Shown piece by piece: positions 37,751 to 51,545 of a stretch of DNA of 64,000 bases. The stretch's first letter is position 1. Every line of letters starts with the position of its first letter. A program made the translations under genes and the position numbers. Source of the stretch: Eledone cirrhosa (taxonomy: Eukaryota); contig CAXHJY010001426.1 of the NCBI GenBank assembly GCA_964016885.1, positions 1 through 64,000 on the forward strand, written 5' to 3'. Under the pieces are notes generated by a model. The model was not told the DNA's origin and made no database searches. It saw only the letters and a list, made by a program, of their open reading frames with translations.

Positions 37751-40009
37751 CCGTCCAAGGGGAGATAATTTCCAGCCGTCCAAGGGGAGGTAATTTCTAG
37801 CCGTCCAAGGGGAGATAAATTCCAGCCTCCAAGGGGAGATCATTTCCAGCCAGCCAAGGGGAGATAATTTGTAAAAAAATCAGGGGGAGATAATTTGTAA
37901 AAAATATCAGGGGGAGATAATTTGTAAAAAATATCAGGGGGAGATAATTTGTAAAAAAAAATCAGGGGGAGATAATTTGTAAAAAAAATCAGGGGGAGAT
38001 AATTTGTAAAAAAAATCAAGGGGAGATAATTTCCAGCCGTCCAAGGGGAGATAATTTTCAGCTGTCCAAGGAGAGGTAATTTCTAGTCGTCCGAGGAGAG
38101 ATAATTTCCAGCCGTCCAAGGGGAGATAATTTCCAGCCGTCCAAGGGGAGATAATTTCCAGCCGTCCAAGGAGACATATTTTCCAGCAGTCCAAGGAGAG
38201 GTAATTTCTAACCGTCCAAGGGGAGATAAATTCCAGCCTCCAAGGGGAGATAATTTCCAGCCAGCCAAGGGGAGATAATTTGTAAAAAAAATCAGAGGGA
38301 GATAATTTGTAAAAAAAAATCAGGGGGAGATAATTTGTAAAAAATAATCAGGGGGAGATAATTTGTAAAAAAATCAAGGGGAGATAATTTCCAGCCGTCC
38401 AAGGGGAGATAATTTTCAGCCGTCCAAGGGGAGATAATTTCCCGCCAGCCAAGGGAAGATAATATTTAAAAAAATTAGGCGGATATAATTTGTAAAAAAA
38501 ATCGGGGGGAGATAATTTGTAAAAAAATCAGGGGGAGATAATTTGTAAAAAAAATCAGGGGGAGATAATTTGTAAAAAAAAATCAGGCGGAGATAATTTG
38601 TAAAAAAAATCAAGGGGAGATAATTTCCAGCCGTCCAAGGGGAGGTAATATCTAGCCGTCCAAGGGGAGATAATTTCCAGCCGTCCAAGGGGAGATAATT
38701 TCCAGCCGTCCAAGGAGACATATTTTCCAGCCGTCCAAGGCGAGGTAATTTCTAGCCGTCCAAGGGGAGATAAATTCCAGCCTCCAAGGGGAGATAATTT
38801 CCAGCCAGCCAAGGGGAGATAATTTGTAAAAAAATCAGGGGGAGATAATTTGTAAAAAATATCAGGGGCAGATAATTTGTAAAAAAAATCAGGGGGAGAT
38901 AATTTGTAAAATAAAATCAGGGGGAGATAATTTGTAAAAAAAAATCAGAGGGAGATAATTTGTAAAAAAAATCAAGGGGAGATAATTTCCAGCCGTCCAA
39001 GGGGAGATAATTTTCAGCTGTCCAAGGAGAGGTAATTTCTAGTCGTCCGAGGAGAGATAATTTCCAGCCGTCCAAGGGGAGATAATTTCCAGCCGTCGCA
39101 GGGGAGATAATTTCCAGCCGTCCAAGGAGACATATTTTCCAGCAGTCCAAGGAGAGGTAATTTCTAACCGTCCAAGGGGAGATAAATTCCAGCCTCCAAG
39201 GGGAGATAATTTCCAGCCAGCCAAGGGGAGATAATTTGTAAAAAAATCAGGGGGAGATAATTTGTAAAAAAAAATCAGGGGGAGATAATTTGTAAAAAAT
39301 AATCAGGGGGAGATAATTTGTAAAAAAATCAAGGGGAGATAATTTCCAGCCGTCCAAGGGGAGATAATTTTCAGCCGTCCAAGGGGAGATAATTTCCCGC
39401 CAGCCAAGGGAAGATAATATTTAAAAAAATTAGGCGGAGATAATTTGTAAAAAAAATCGGGGGGAGATAATTTGTAAAAAAATCAGGGGGAGATAATTTG
39501 TAAAAAAAATCAGGGGGAAATAATTTGTAAAATAAATCAGGGGGAGATAATTTGTAAAAAAAAATCAGGGGTAGATAATTTGTAAAAAAAAATCAGGGGG
39601 AGATAATTTGTAAAAAAAAATCAGGGAGAGATAATTTGTAAAAAAAATCAGGGGGAGATAATTTGTAAAAAAAAAATCAGGGGTAGATAATTTGTAAAAA
39701 AAAATCAGGGGGAGATAATTTGTAAAAAAAAATCAGGGGGAGATAATTTGTAAAAAAAATCAAGGGTAGATAATTTCCAGCCGTCCAAGGGGAGGTAATA
39801 TCTAGCCGTCCAAGGGGAGATAATTTCCAGCCGTCCAAGGGGAGATAATTTCCAGCCGTCCAAGGGTAGATAATATCCAGCCGTCCAAGGACATATTTTC
39901 CAGCCGTCCAAGGAGAGGTAATTTCTAGCCGTCCAAGGGGAGATAAATTCCAGCCTCCAAGGGGAGATAATTTCCAGCCAGCTAAGGGGAGATAATTTGT
40001 AAAAAAATC

Positions 40010-43000
40010 AAGGGGAGATAATTTGTAAAAAAAAATCAGGGGGAGATAATTTGTAAAAAAAAATCAGGGGGAGATAATTTGTAAAAAAAAATCAGGGGGA
40101 GATAATTTGTAAAAAAAAATCAGGGGGAGATAATTTGTAAAAAAAATCAAGGGGAGATAATTTCCAGCCGTCCAAGGGGAGATAATTTTCAGCCGTCCAA
40201 GGGGAGATAATTTCCCGCCAGCCAAGAGAAGATAATATTTAAAAAAATCAGGCGGAGATAATTTGTAAAAAAAATCAGGGGGAGATAATTTGTAAAAAAA
40301 TCAGGGGGAGATAATTTGTAAAAAAAAAATCAGGGGGAGATAATTTGTAAAAAAAATCAAGGGGAGATAATTTCCAGCCGTCCAAGGGGAGGTAATATCT
40401 AGCCGTCCAAGGGGAGATAATTTCCAGCCGTCCAAGGGGAGATAATTTCCACCCGTCCAAGGGTAGATAATATCCAGCCGTCCAAGGAGAAATATTTTCC
40501 AGCCGTCCAAGGCGAGGTAATTTCTAGCCCTCCAAGGGGAGATAAATTCCAGCCTCCAAGGGGAGATAATTTCCAGCCAGCAAAGGGGAGATAATTTGTA
40601 AAAAAATCAGGGGGAGATAATTTGTAAAAAAAATCAGGGGCAGATAATTTGTAAAAAAAAATCAGGGGGAGATAATTTGTAAAAAAAAATCAGGGGGAGA
40701 TAATTTGTAAAAAAAAATCAGGGGGAGATAATTTGTAAAAAAAATCAAGGGGAGATAATTTCCAGCCGTCCAAGGGGAGATAATTTTCAGCCGTCCAAGG
40801 GGAGATAATTTCCCGCCAGCCAAGGGAAGATAATATTTAAAAAAATCAGGCGGAGATAATTTATAAAAAAAATCAGGGGGAGATAATTTGTAAAAAAATC
40901 AGGGGGAGATAATTTGTAAAAAAAAAATCAGGGGGAGATAATTTGTAAAAAAAATCAGGGGGAGATAATTTGTAAAAAAATCAAGGGGAGATAATTTCCA
41001 GCCGTCCAAGGGGAGATAATTTTTTAAAAAATCAGGTGGAGATAATTTGTAAAAAAAATCAGGGGGAGATAATTTGTAAAAACAAAATCAAGGGCAGATA
41101 ATTTCCAGCTGTCCAAGGGGAGGTAATTTCCAGCCGTCCAAGGGGATATAATTTCCAGCCGTCCAAGGGGAGATAATTTCCCGCCAGCCAAGGGAAGATA
41201 ATTTTTAAAAAAATCAGGCGGAGATTGTAAAAAAAATCAGGGGGGAGATAATTTGTAAAAAAATAAGGGGGAAATAATTTGTAAAAAAAAATCAGGGGGA
41301 GATAATTTGTAAAAAAAATCATGGGGAGATAATTTGTAAAAAAAAATCAGGGGGAGATAATTTGTAAAAAAAATTAGGCGTAGATAATTTGTAAAAAAAA
41401 ATCAGGGGGAGATAATTTGTAAAAAAAAATCAGGGGGAGATAATTTGTTAAAAAATCAAGGGGAGATAATTTGCAGCCGTCCAAGGGGAGATAATTTTCA
41501 GCCGTCCAAGGAGAGGTAATTTCTAGCCGTCCAAGGGGAGATAATTTCCAGCCGTCCAAGGGGAGATAATTTCCAGCCGTTCAAGGGGAGATAATTTTTA
41601 AAAAAAAATCAGGCGGAGATAATTTATAAAAAAAAATCAGGGGGAGATAATTCGTAAAAAAAATCAGGGGGAGATAATTTTTAAAAAAAATCAGGGGGAG
41701 ATAATTTGTAAAAAAATCAAGGGGAGATAATTTCCAGCCGTCCAAGGGGAGATAATTTTTTAAAAAATCAGGTGGAGATAATTTGTAAAAAAAATCAGGG
41801 GGAGATAATTTGTAAAAAAAAATCAGGGGGAGATAATTTGTAAAAAAAAATCAAGGGGAGATAATTTCCAGCCGTCCAAGGGGAGATAATTTTCAGCCGT
41901 CCAAGGGGAGATAATTTCCCGCCAGCCAAGGGAAGATAATATTTAAAAAAATTAGGCGGAGATAATTTGTAAAAAAAATCAGGGGGAGATAATTTGTAAA
42001 AAAATCAGGGGGAGATAATTTGTAAAAAAATCAAGGGGAGATAATTTGTAAAAAAAAATCAGGGGGAGATAATTTGTAAAAAAAAATCAGGGGGAGATAA
42101 TTTGTAAAAAAAAATCAGGGGGAGATAATTTGTAAAAAAAAATCAGGGGGAGATAATTTGTAAAAAAAATCAAGGGGAGATAATTTCCAGCCGTCCAAGG
42201 GGAGATAATTTTCAGCCGTCCAAGGGGAGATAATTTCCCGCCAGCCAAGAGAAGATAATATTTAAAAAAATCAGGCGGAGATAATTTGTAAAAAAAATCA
42301 GGGGGAGATAATTTGTAAAAAAATCAGGAGGAGATAATTTGTAAAAAAAAAATCAGGGGGAGATAATTTGTAAAAAAAATCAAGGGGAGATAATTTCCAG
42401 CCGTCCAAGGGGAGGTAATATCTAGCCGTCCAAGGGGAGATAATTTCCAGCCGTCCAAGGGGAGATAATTTCCACCCGTCCAAGGGTAGATAATATCCAG
42501 CCGTCCAAGGAGAAATATTTTCCAGCCGTCCAAGGCGAGGTAATTTCTAGCCGTCCAAGGGGAGATAAATTCCAGCCTCCAAGGGGAGATAATTTCCAGC
42601 CAGCCAAGGGGAGATAATTTGTAAAAAAATCAGGGGGAGATAATTTGTAAAAAAAATCAGGGGCAGATAATTTGTAAAAAAAAATCAGGGGGAGATAATT
42701 TGTAAAAAAAAATCAGGGGGAGATAATTTGTAAAAAAAAATCAGGGGGAGATAATTTGTAAAAAAAATCAAGGGGAGATAATTTCCAGCCGTCCAAGGGG
42801 AGATAATTTTCAGCCGTCCAAGGGGAGATAATTTCCCGCCAGCCAAGGGAAGATAATATTTAAAAAAATCAGGCGGAGATAATTTATAAAAAAAATCAGG
42901 GGGAGATAATTTGTAAAAAAATCAGGGGGAGATAATTTGTAAAAAAAAAATCAGGGGGAGATAATTTGTAAAAAAAATCAGGGGGAGATAATTTGTAAAA

Positions 43001-44030
43001 AAATCAAGGGGAGATAATTTCCAGCCGTCCAAGGGGAGATAATTTTTTAAAAAATCAGGTGGAGATAATTTGTAAAAAAAATCAGGGGGAGATAATTTGT
43101 AAAAACAAAATCAAGGGCAGATAATTTCCAGCTGTCCAAGGGGAGGTAATTTCCAGCCGTCCAAGGGGATATAATTTCCAGCCGTCCAAGGGGAGATAAT
43201 TTCCCGCCAGCCAAGGGAAGATAATTTTTAAAAAAATCAGGCGGAGATTGTAAAAAAAATCAGGGGGGAGATAATTTATAAAAAAATCAGGGGGAAATAA
43301 TTTGTAAAAAAAAATCAGGGGGAGATAATTTGTAAAAAAAATCAGGGGGAGATAATTTGTAAAAAAAAATCAGGGGGAGATAATTTGTAAAAAAAATTAG
43401 GCGTAGATAATTTGTAAAAAAAAATCAGGGGGAGATAATTTGTAAAAAAAAATCAGGGGGAGATAATTTGTTAAAAAATCAAGGGGAGATAATTTGCAGC
43501 CGTCCAAGGGGAGATAATTTTCAGCCGTCCAAGGAGAGGTAATTTCTAGCCGTCCAAGGGGAGATAATTTCCAGCCGTCCAAGGGGAGATAATTTCCAGC
43601 CGTTCAAGGGGAGATAATTTTTAAAAAAAAATCAGGCGGAGATAATTTATAAAAAAAAATCAGGGGGAGATAATTCGTAAAAAAAAATCAGGGGGAGATA
43701 ATTTGTAAAAAAAATCAGGGGGAGATAATTTGTAAAAAAATCAAGGGGAGATAATTTCCAGCCGTCCAAGGGGAGATAATTTTTTAAAAAATCAGGTGGA
43801 GATAATTTGTAAAAAAAATCAGGGGGAGATAATTTGTAAAAAAAAATCAGGGGGAGATAATTTGTAAAAAAAAATCAAGGGGAGATAATTTCCAGCCGTC
43901 CAAGGGGAGATAATTTTCAGACGTCCAAGGGGAGATAATTTCCCGCCAGCCAAGGGAAGATAATATTTAAAAAAATTAGGCGGAGATAATTTGTAAAAAA
44001 AATCAGGGGGAGATAATTTGTAAAAAAATC
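40010..44030 (+). repeat. 2023 bp higher-order tandem duplication
   Basis: ORF pairs 40275/42298, 40301/42324 and 41374/43397. Shared AATTTATAAAA variant (about 40858/42881). Confidence 0.82.
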
Positions 44031-47000
44031 AGGGGGAGATAATTTCCAGCCGTCCAAGGGGAGGTAATATCTAGCCGTCCAAGGGGAGATAATTTCCAGC
44101 CGTCCAAGGGGAGATAATTTCCAGCCGTCCAAGGGTAGATAATATCCAGCCGTCCAAGGAGACATATTTTCCAGCCTTCCAAGGAGAGGTAATTTCTAGC
44201 CGTCCAAGGGGAGATAAATTCCAGCCTCCAAGGGGAGATAATTTCCAGCCAGCCAAGGGGAGATAATTTGTAAAAAAATCAGGGGGAGATAATTTGTAAA
44301 AAAAATCAGGGTGAGATAATTTGTAAAAAAAAATCAGGGGGAGATAATTTGTAAAAAAAAATCAGGGGGAGATAATTTGTAAAAAAAAATCAGGGGGAGA
44401 TAATTTGTAAAAAAAATCAAGGGGAGATAATTTCCAGCCGTCCAAGGGGAGATAATTTTCAGCCGTCCAAGGGGAGATAATTTCCAGCCGTCCAAGGGAA
44501 GATAATTTTTTTAAAAATCAGGTGGAGATAATTTGTAAAAAAAATCAGGGGTAGATAATTTGTAAAAACAAAATCAAGGGCAGATAATTTCCAGCTGTCC
44601 AAGGGGAGATAATTTCCAGCCGTCCAAGGGGAGATAATTTCCAGCCGTCCAAGGGGAGATAATTTCCATCCTTCCAAGGGGATATAATTTCCAGCCGTCC
44701 AAGGGGAGATAATTTCCCGCCAGCCAAGGGAAGATAATTTTTTAAAAAATCAGGCGGAGATTGTAAAAAAAATCAGGGTGGAGATAATTTGTAAAAAAAT
44801 CAGGGGGAAATAATTTGTAAAAAAAAATCAGGGGGAGATAATTTGTAAAAAAAATCAGGGGGAGATAATTTGTAAAAAAAAATCAGGGGGAGATAATTAG
44901 TAAAAAAAATTAGGCGTAGATAATTTGTAAAAAAAAATCAGGGGGAGATAATTTGTAAAAAAAAATCAGGGGGAGATAATTTGTTAAAAAATCAAGGGGA
45001 GATAATTTGCAGCCGTCCAAGGGGAGATAATTTTCAGCCGTCCAAGGAGAGGTAATTTCTAGCCGTCCAAGGGGAGATAATTTCCAGCCGTCCAAGGGGA
45101 GATAATTTCCAGCCGTTCAAGGGGAGATAATTTTTAAAAAAAAATCAGGCGGAGATAATTTGTAAAAAAAAATCAGGGTGAGATAATTCGTAAAAAAAAA
45201 TCAGGGGGAGATAATTTGTAAAAAAAAATTAGGGGGAGATAAATTGTAAAAAAAATCAAGGGGAGATAATTTCCAGCCGTCCAAGGGGAGGTAATATCTA
45301 GCCGTCCAAGGGGAGATAATTTCCAGCCGTCCAAGGGGAGATAATTTCCAGCCGTCCAAGGGGAGATAATTTCCAGCCGTCCAAGGAGACATATTTTCCA
45401 GCCGTCCAAGGCGAGGTAATTTCTAGCCGTCCAAGGGGAGATAAATTCCAGCCTCCAAGGGGAGATAATTTCCAGCCAGCCAAGGGGAGATAATTTGTAA
45501 AAAAATCAGGGGGAGATAATTTGTAAAAAATATCAGGGGGAGATAATTTGTAAAAAAAATCAGGGGGAGATAATTTGTAAAAAAAAATTAGGGGGAGATA
45601 ATTTGTAAAAAAAATCAGGGGGAGATAATTTGTAAAAAAAATCAAGGGGAGATAATTTCCAGCCGTCCAAGGGGAGATAATTTTCAGCTGTCCAAGGAGA
45701 GGTAATTTCTAGTCGTCCGAGGAGAGATAATTTCCAGCTGTCCAAGGGGAGATAATTTCCAGCCGTCCAAGGGGAGATAATTTCCAGCCGTCCAAGGAGA
45801 CATATTTTCCAGCAGTCCAAGGAGAGGTAATTTCTAACCGTCCAAGGGGAGATAAATTCCAGCCTCCAAGGGGAGATAATTTCCAGCCAGCCAAGGGGAG
45901 ATAATTTGTAAAAAAAATCAGAGGGAGATAATTTGTAAAAAAAAATCAGGGGGAGATAATTTGTAAAAAATAATCAGGGGGAGATAATTTGTAAAAAAAT
46001 CAAGGGGAGATAATTTCCAGCCGTCCAAGGGGAGATAATTTTCAGCCGTCCAAGGGGAGATAATTTCCCGCCAGCCAAGGGAAGATAATATTTAAAAAAA
46101 TTAGGCGGAGATAATTTGTAAAAAAAATCGGGGGGAGATAATTTGTAAAAAAATCAGGGGGAGATAATTTGTAAAAAAAATCAGGGGGAGATAATTTGTA
46201 AAAAAAATCAGGGGGAGATAATTTGTAAAAAAAAATCAGGGGTAGATAATTTGTAAAAAAAAATCAGGGGGAGATAATTTGTAAAAAAAAATCAGGGAGA
46301 GATAATTTGTAAAAAAAATCAGGGGGAGATAATTTGTAAAAAAAAATCAGGGGTAGATAATTTGTAAAAAAAAATCAGGGGGTGATAATTTGTAAAAAAA
46401 AATCAGGGGGAGATAATTTGTAAAAAAAATCAAGGGGAGATAATTTCCAGCCGTCCTAGGGGAGCTAATATCTAGCCGTCCAAGGGGAGATAATTTCCAG
46501 CCGTCCAAGTGGAGATAATTTCCAGCCGTCCAAGGGTAGATAATATCCAGCCGTCCAAGGACATATTTTCCAGCCGTCCAAGGAGAGGTAATTTCTAGCC
46601 GTCCAAGGGGAGATAAATTCCAGCCTCCAAGGGGAGATAATTTCCAGCCGTCCAAGGGGAGATAATTTTTTAAAAAATCAGGTGGAGATAATTTGTAAAA
46701 AAAATCAGGGGGAGATAATTTGTAAAAACAAAATCAAGGGCAGATAATTTCCAGCTGTCCAAGGGGAGGTAATTTCCAGCCGTCCAAGGGGATATAATTT
46801 CCAGCCGTCCAAGGGGAGATAATTTCCCGCCAGCCAAGGGAAGATAATTTTTAAAAAAATCAGGCGGAGATTGTAAAAAAAATCAGGGGGGAGATAATTT
46901 GTAAAAAAATAAGGGGGAAATAATTTGTAAAAAAAAATCAGGGGGAGATAATTTGTAAAAAAAATCATGGGGAGATAATTTGTAAAAAAAAATCAGGGGG

Positions 47001-50000
47001 AGATAATTTGTAAAAAAAATTAGGCGTAGATAATTTGTAAAAAAAAATCAGGGGGAGATAATTTGTAAAAAAAAATCAGGGGGAGATAATTTGTTAAAAA
47101 ATCAAGGGGAGATAATTTGCAGCCGTCCAAGGGGAGATAATTTTCAGCCGTCCAAGGAGAGGTAATTTCTAGCCGTCCAAGGGGAGATAATTTCCAGCCG
47201 TCCAAGGGGAGATAATTTCCAGCCGTTCAAGGGGAGATAATTTTTAAAAAAAAATCAGGCGGAGATAATTTATAAAAAAAAATCAGGGGAAGATAATTCG
47301 TAAAAAAAATCAGGGGGAGATAATTTTTAAAAAAAATCAGGGGGAGATAATTTGTAAAAAAATCAAGGGGAGATAATTTCCAGCCGTCCAAGGGGAGATA
47401 ATTTTTTAAAAAATCAGGTGGAGATAATTTGTAAAAAAAATCAGGGGGAGATAATTTGTAAAAAAAAATCAGGGGGAGATAATTTGTAAAAAAAAATCAA
47501 GGGGAGATAATTTCCAGCCGTCCAAGGGGAGATAATTTTCAGCCGTCCAAGGGGAGATAATTTCCCGCCAGCCAAGGGAAGATAATATTTAAAAAAATTA
47601 GGCGGAGATAATTTGTAAAAAAAATCAGGGGGAGATAATTTGTAAAAAAATCAGGGGGAGATAATTTGTAAAAAAATCAAGGGGAGATAATTTCCAGCCG
47701 TCCAAGGGGAGGTAATATCTAGCCGTCCAAGGGGAGATAATTTCCAGCCGTCCAAAGGGAGATAATTTCCAGCCGTCCAAGGGTAGATAATATCCAGCCG
47801 TCCAAGGACATATTTTCCAGCCGTCCAAGGAGAGGTAATTTCTAGCCGTCCAAGGGGAGCTAAATTCCAGCCTCCAAGGGGAGATAATTTCCAGCCAGCT
47901 AAGGGGAGATAATTTGTAAAAAAATCAAGGGGAGATAATTTGTAAAAAAAAATCAGGGGGAGATAATTTGTAAAAAAAAATCAGGGGGAGATAATTTGTA
48001 AAAAAAAATCAGGGGGAGATAATTTGTAAAAAAAATCAAGGGGAGATAATTTCCAGCCGTCCAAGGGGAGATAATTTTCAGCCGTCCAAGGGGAGATAAT
48101 TTCCCGCCAGCCAAGAGAAGATAATATTTAAAAAAATCAGGCGGAGATAATTTGTAAAAAAAATCAGGGGGAGATAATTTGTAAATAAATCAGGAGGAGA
48201 TAATTTGTAAAAAAAAAATCAGGGGGAGATAATTTGTAAAAAAAATCAAGGGGAGATAATTTCCAGCCGTCCAAGGGGAGGTAATATCTAGCCGTCCAAG
48301 GGGAGATAATTTCCAGCCGTCCAAGGGGAGATAATTTCCACCCGTCCAAGGGTAGATAATATCCAGCCGTCCAAGGAGAAATATTTTCCAGCCGTCCAAG
48401 GCGAGGTAATTTCTAGCCGTCCAAGGGGAGATAAATTCCAGCCTCCAAGGGGAGATAATTTCCAGCCAGCCAAGGGGAGATAATTTGTAAAAAAATCAGG
48501 GGGAGATAATTTGTAAAAAAAATCAGGGGCAGATAATTTGTAAAAAAAAATCAGGGGGAGATAATTTGTAAAAAAAAATCAGGGGGAGATAATTTGTAAA
48601 AAAAAATCAGGGGGAGATAATTTGTAAAAAAATCAAGGGGAGATAATTTCCAGCCGTCCAAGGGGAGATAATTTTCAGCCGTCCAAGGGGAGATAATTTC
48701 CCGCCAGCCAAGGGAAGATAATATTTAAAAAAATCAGGCGGAGATAATTTATAAAAAAAATCAGGGGGAGATAATTTGTAAAAAAATCAGGGGGAGATAA
48801 TTTGTAAAAAAAAAATCAGGGGGAGATAATTTGTAAAAAAAATCAGGGGGAGATAATTTGTAAAAAAATCAAGGGGAGATAATTTCCAGCCGTCCAAGGG
48901 GAGATAATTTTTTAAAAAATCAGGTGGAGATAATTTGTAAAAAAAATCAGGGGGAGATAATTTGTAAAAACAAAATCAAGGGCAGATAATTTCCAGCTGT
49001 CCAAGGGGAGGTAATTTCCAGCCGTCCAAGGGGATATAATTTCCAGCCGTCCAAGGGGAGATAATTTCCCGCCAGCCAAGGGAAGATAATTTTTAAAAAA
49101 ATCAGGCGGAGATTGTAAAAAAAATCAGGGGGGAGATAATTTATAAAAAAATCAGGGGGAAATAATTTGTAAAAAAAAATCAGGGGGAGATAATTTGTAA
49201 AAAAAATCAGGGGGAGATAATTTGTAAAAAAAAATCAGGGGGAGATAATTTGTAAAAAAAATTAGGCGTAGATAATTTGTAAAAAAAAATCAGGGGGAGA
49301 TAATTTGTAAAAAAAAATCAGGGGGAGATAATTTGTTAAAAAATCAAGGGGAGATAATTTGCAGCCGTCCAAGGGGAGATAATTTTCAGCCGTCCAAGGA
49401 GAGGTAATTTCTAGCCGTCCAAGGGGAGATAATTTCCAGCCGTCCAAGGGGAGATAATTTCCAGCCGTTCAAGGGGAGATAATTTTTAAAAAAAAATCAG
49501 GCGGAGATAATTTATAAAAAAAAATCAGGGGGAGATAATTCGTAAAAAAAAATCAGGGGGAGATAATTTGTAAAAAAAATCAGGGGGAGATAATTTGTAA
49601 AAAAATCAAGGGGAGATAATTTCCAGCCGTCCAAGGGGAGATAATTTTTTAAAAAATCAGGTGGAGATAATTTGTAAAAAAAATCAGGGGGAGATAATTT
49701 GTAAAAAAAAATCAGGGGGAGATAATTTGTAAAAAAAAATCAAGGGGAGATAATTTCCAGCCGTCCAAGGGGAGATAATTTTCAGACGTCCAAGGGGAGA
49801 TAATTTCCCGCCAGCCAAGGGAAGATAATATTTAAAAAAATTAGGCGGAGATAATTTGTAAAAAAAATCAGGGGGAGATAATTTGTAAAAAAATCAGGGG
49901 GAGATAATTTCCAGCCGTCCAAGGGGAGGTAATATCTAGCCGTCCAAGGGGAGATAATTTCCAGCCGTCCAAGGGGAGATAATTTCCAGCCGTCCAAGGG

Positions 50001-51545
50001 TAGATAATATCCAGCCGTCCAAGGAGACATATTTTCCAGCCTTCCAAGGAGAGGTAATTTCTAGCCGTCCAAGGGGAGATAAATTCCAGCCTCCAAGGGG
50101 AGATAATTTCCAGCCAGCCAAGGGGAGATAATTTGTAAAAAAATCAGGGGGAGATAATTTGTAAAAAAAATCAGGGTGAGATAATTTGTAAAAAAAAATC
50201 AGGGGGAGATAATTTGTAAAAAAAAATCAGGGGGAGATAATTTGTAAAAAAAAATCAGGGGGAGATAATTTGTAAAAAAAATCAAGGGGAGATAATTTCC
50301 AGCCGTCCAAGGGGAGATAATTTTCAGCCGTCCAAGGGGAGATAATTTCCAGCCGTCCAAGGGAAGATAATTTTTTTAAAAATCAGGTGGAGATAATTTG
50401 TAAAAAAAATCAGGGGTAGATAATTTGTAAAAACAAAATCAAGGGCAGATAATTTCCAGCTGTCCAAGGGGAGATAATTTCCAGCCGTCCAAGGGGAGAT
50501 AATTTCCAGCCGTCCAAGGGGAGATAATTTCCATCCTTCCAAGGGGATATAATTTCCAGCCGTCCAAGGGGAGATAATTTCCCGCCAGCCAAGGGAAGAT
50601 AATTTTTTAAAAAATCAGGCGGAGATTGTAAAAAAAATCAGGGTGGAGATAATTTGTAAAAAAATCAGGGGGAAATAATTTGTAAAAAAAAATCAGGGGG
50701 AGATAATTTGTAAAAAAAATCAGGGGGAGATAATTTGTAAAAAAAAATCAGGGGGAGATAATTAGTAAAAAAAATTAGGCGTAGATAATTTGTAAAAAAA
50801 AATCAGGGGGAGATAATTTGTAAAAAAAAATCAGGGGGAGATAATTTGTTAAAAAATCAAGGGGAGATAATTTGCAGCCGTCCAAGGGGAGATAATTTTC
50901 AGCCGTCCAAGGAGAGGTAATTTCTAGCCGTCCAAGGGGAGATAATTTCCAGCCGTCCAAGGGGAGATAATTTCCAGCCGTTCAAGGGGAGATAATTTTT
51001 AAAAAAAAATCAGGCGGAGATAATTTGTAAAAAAAAATCAGGGTGAGATAATTCGTAAAAAAAAATCAGGGGGAGATAATTTGTAAAAAAAAATTAGGGG
51101 GAGATAAATTGTAAAAAAAATCAAGGGGAGATAATTTCCAGCCGTCCAAGGGGAGGTAATATCTAGCCGTCCAAGGGGAGATAATTTCCAGCCGTCCAAG
51201 GGGAGATAATTTCCAGCCGTCCAAGGGGAGATAATTTCCAGCCGTCCAAGGAGACATATTTTCCAGCCGTCCAAGGCGAGGTAATTTCTAGCCGTCCAAG
51301 GGGAGATAAATTCCAGCCTCCAAGGGGAGATAATTTCCAGCCAGCCAAGGGGAGATAATTTGTAAAAAAATCAGGGGGAGATAATTTGTAAAAAATATCA
51401 GGGGGAGATAATTTGTAAAAAAAATCAGGGGGAGATAATTTGTAAAAAAAAATTAGGGGGAGATAATTTGTAAAAAAAATCAGGGGGAGATAATTTGTAA
51501 AAAAAATCAAGGGGAGATAATTTCCAGCCGTCCAAGGGGAGATAA
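41000..51545 (+). repeat. About 5.65-5.87 kb higher-order tandem duplication (about 41000-45680 versus about 46645-51545)
   Basis: ORF offsets 5646 (41059/46705, 41374/47020), then 5865-5866 (42298/48164 through 45298/51163). Rare variants CAGACGTCC (43918/49783), CCAGCCTTCC (44171/50036) and AATTAGTAAA (about 44895/50760). Confidence 0.88.
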
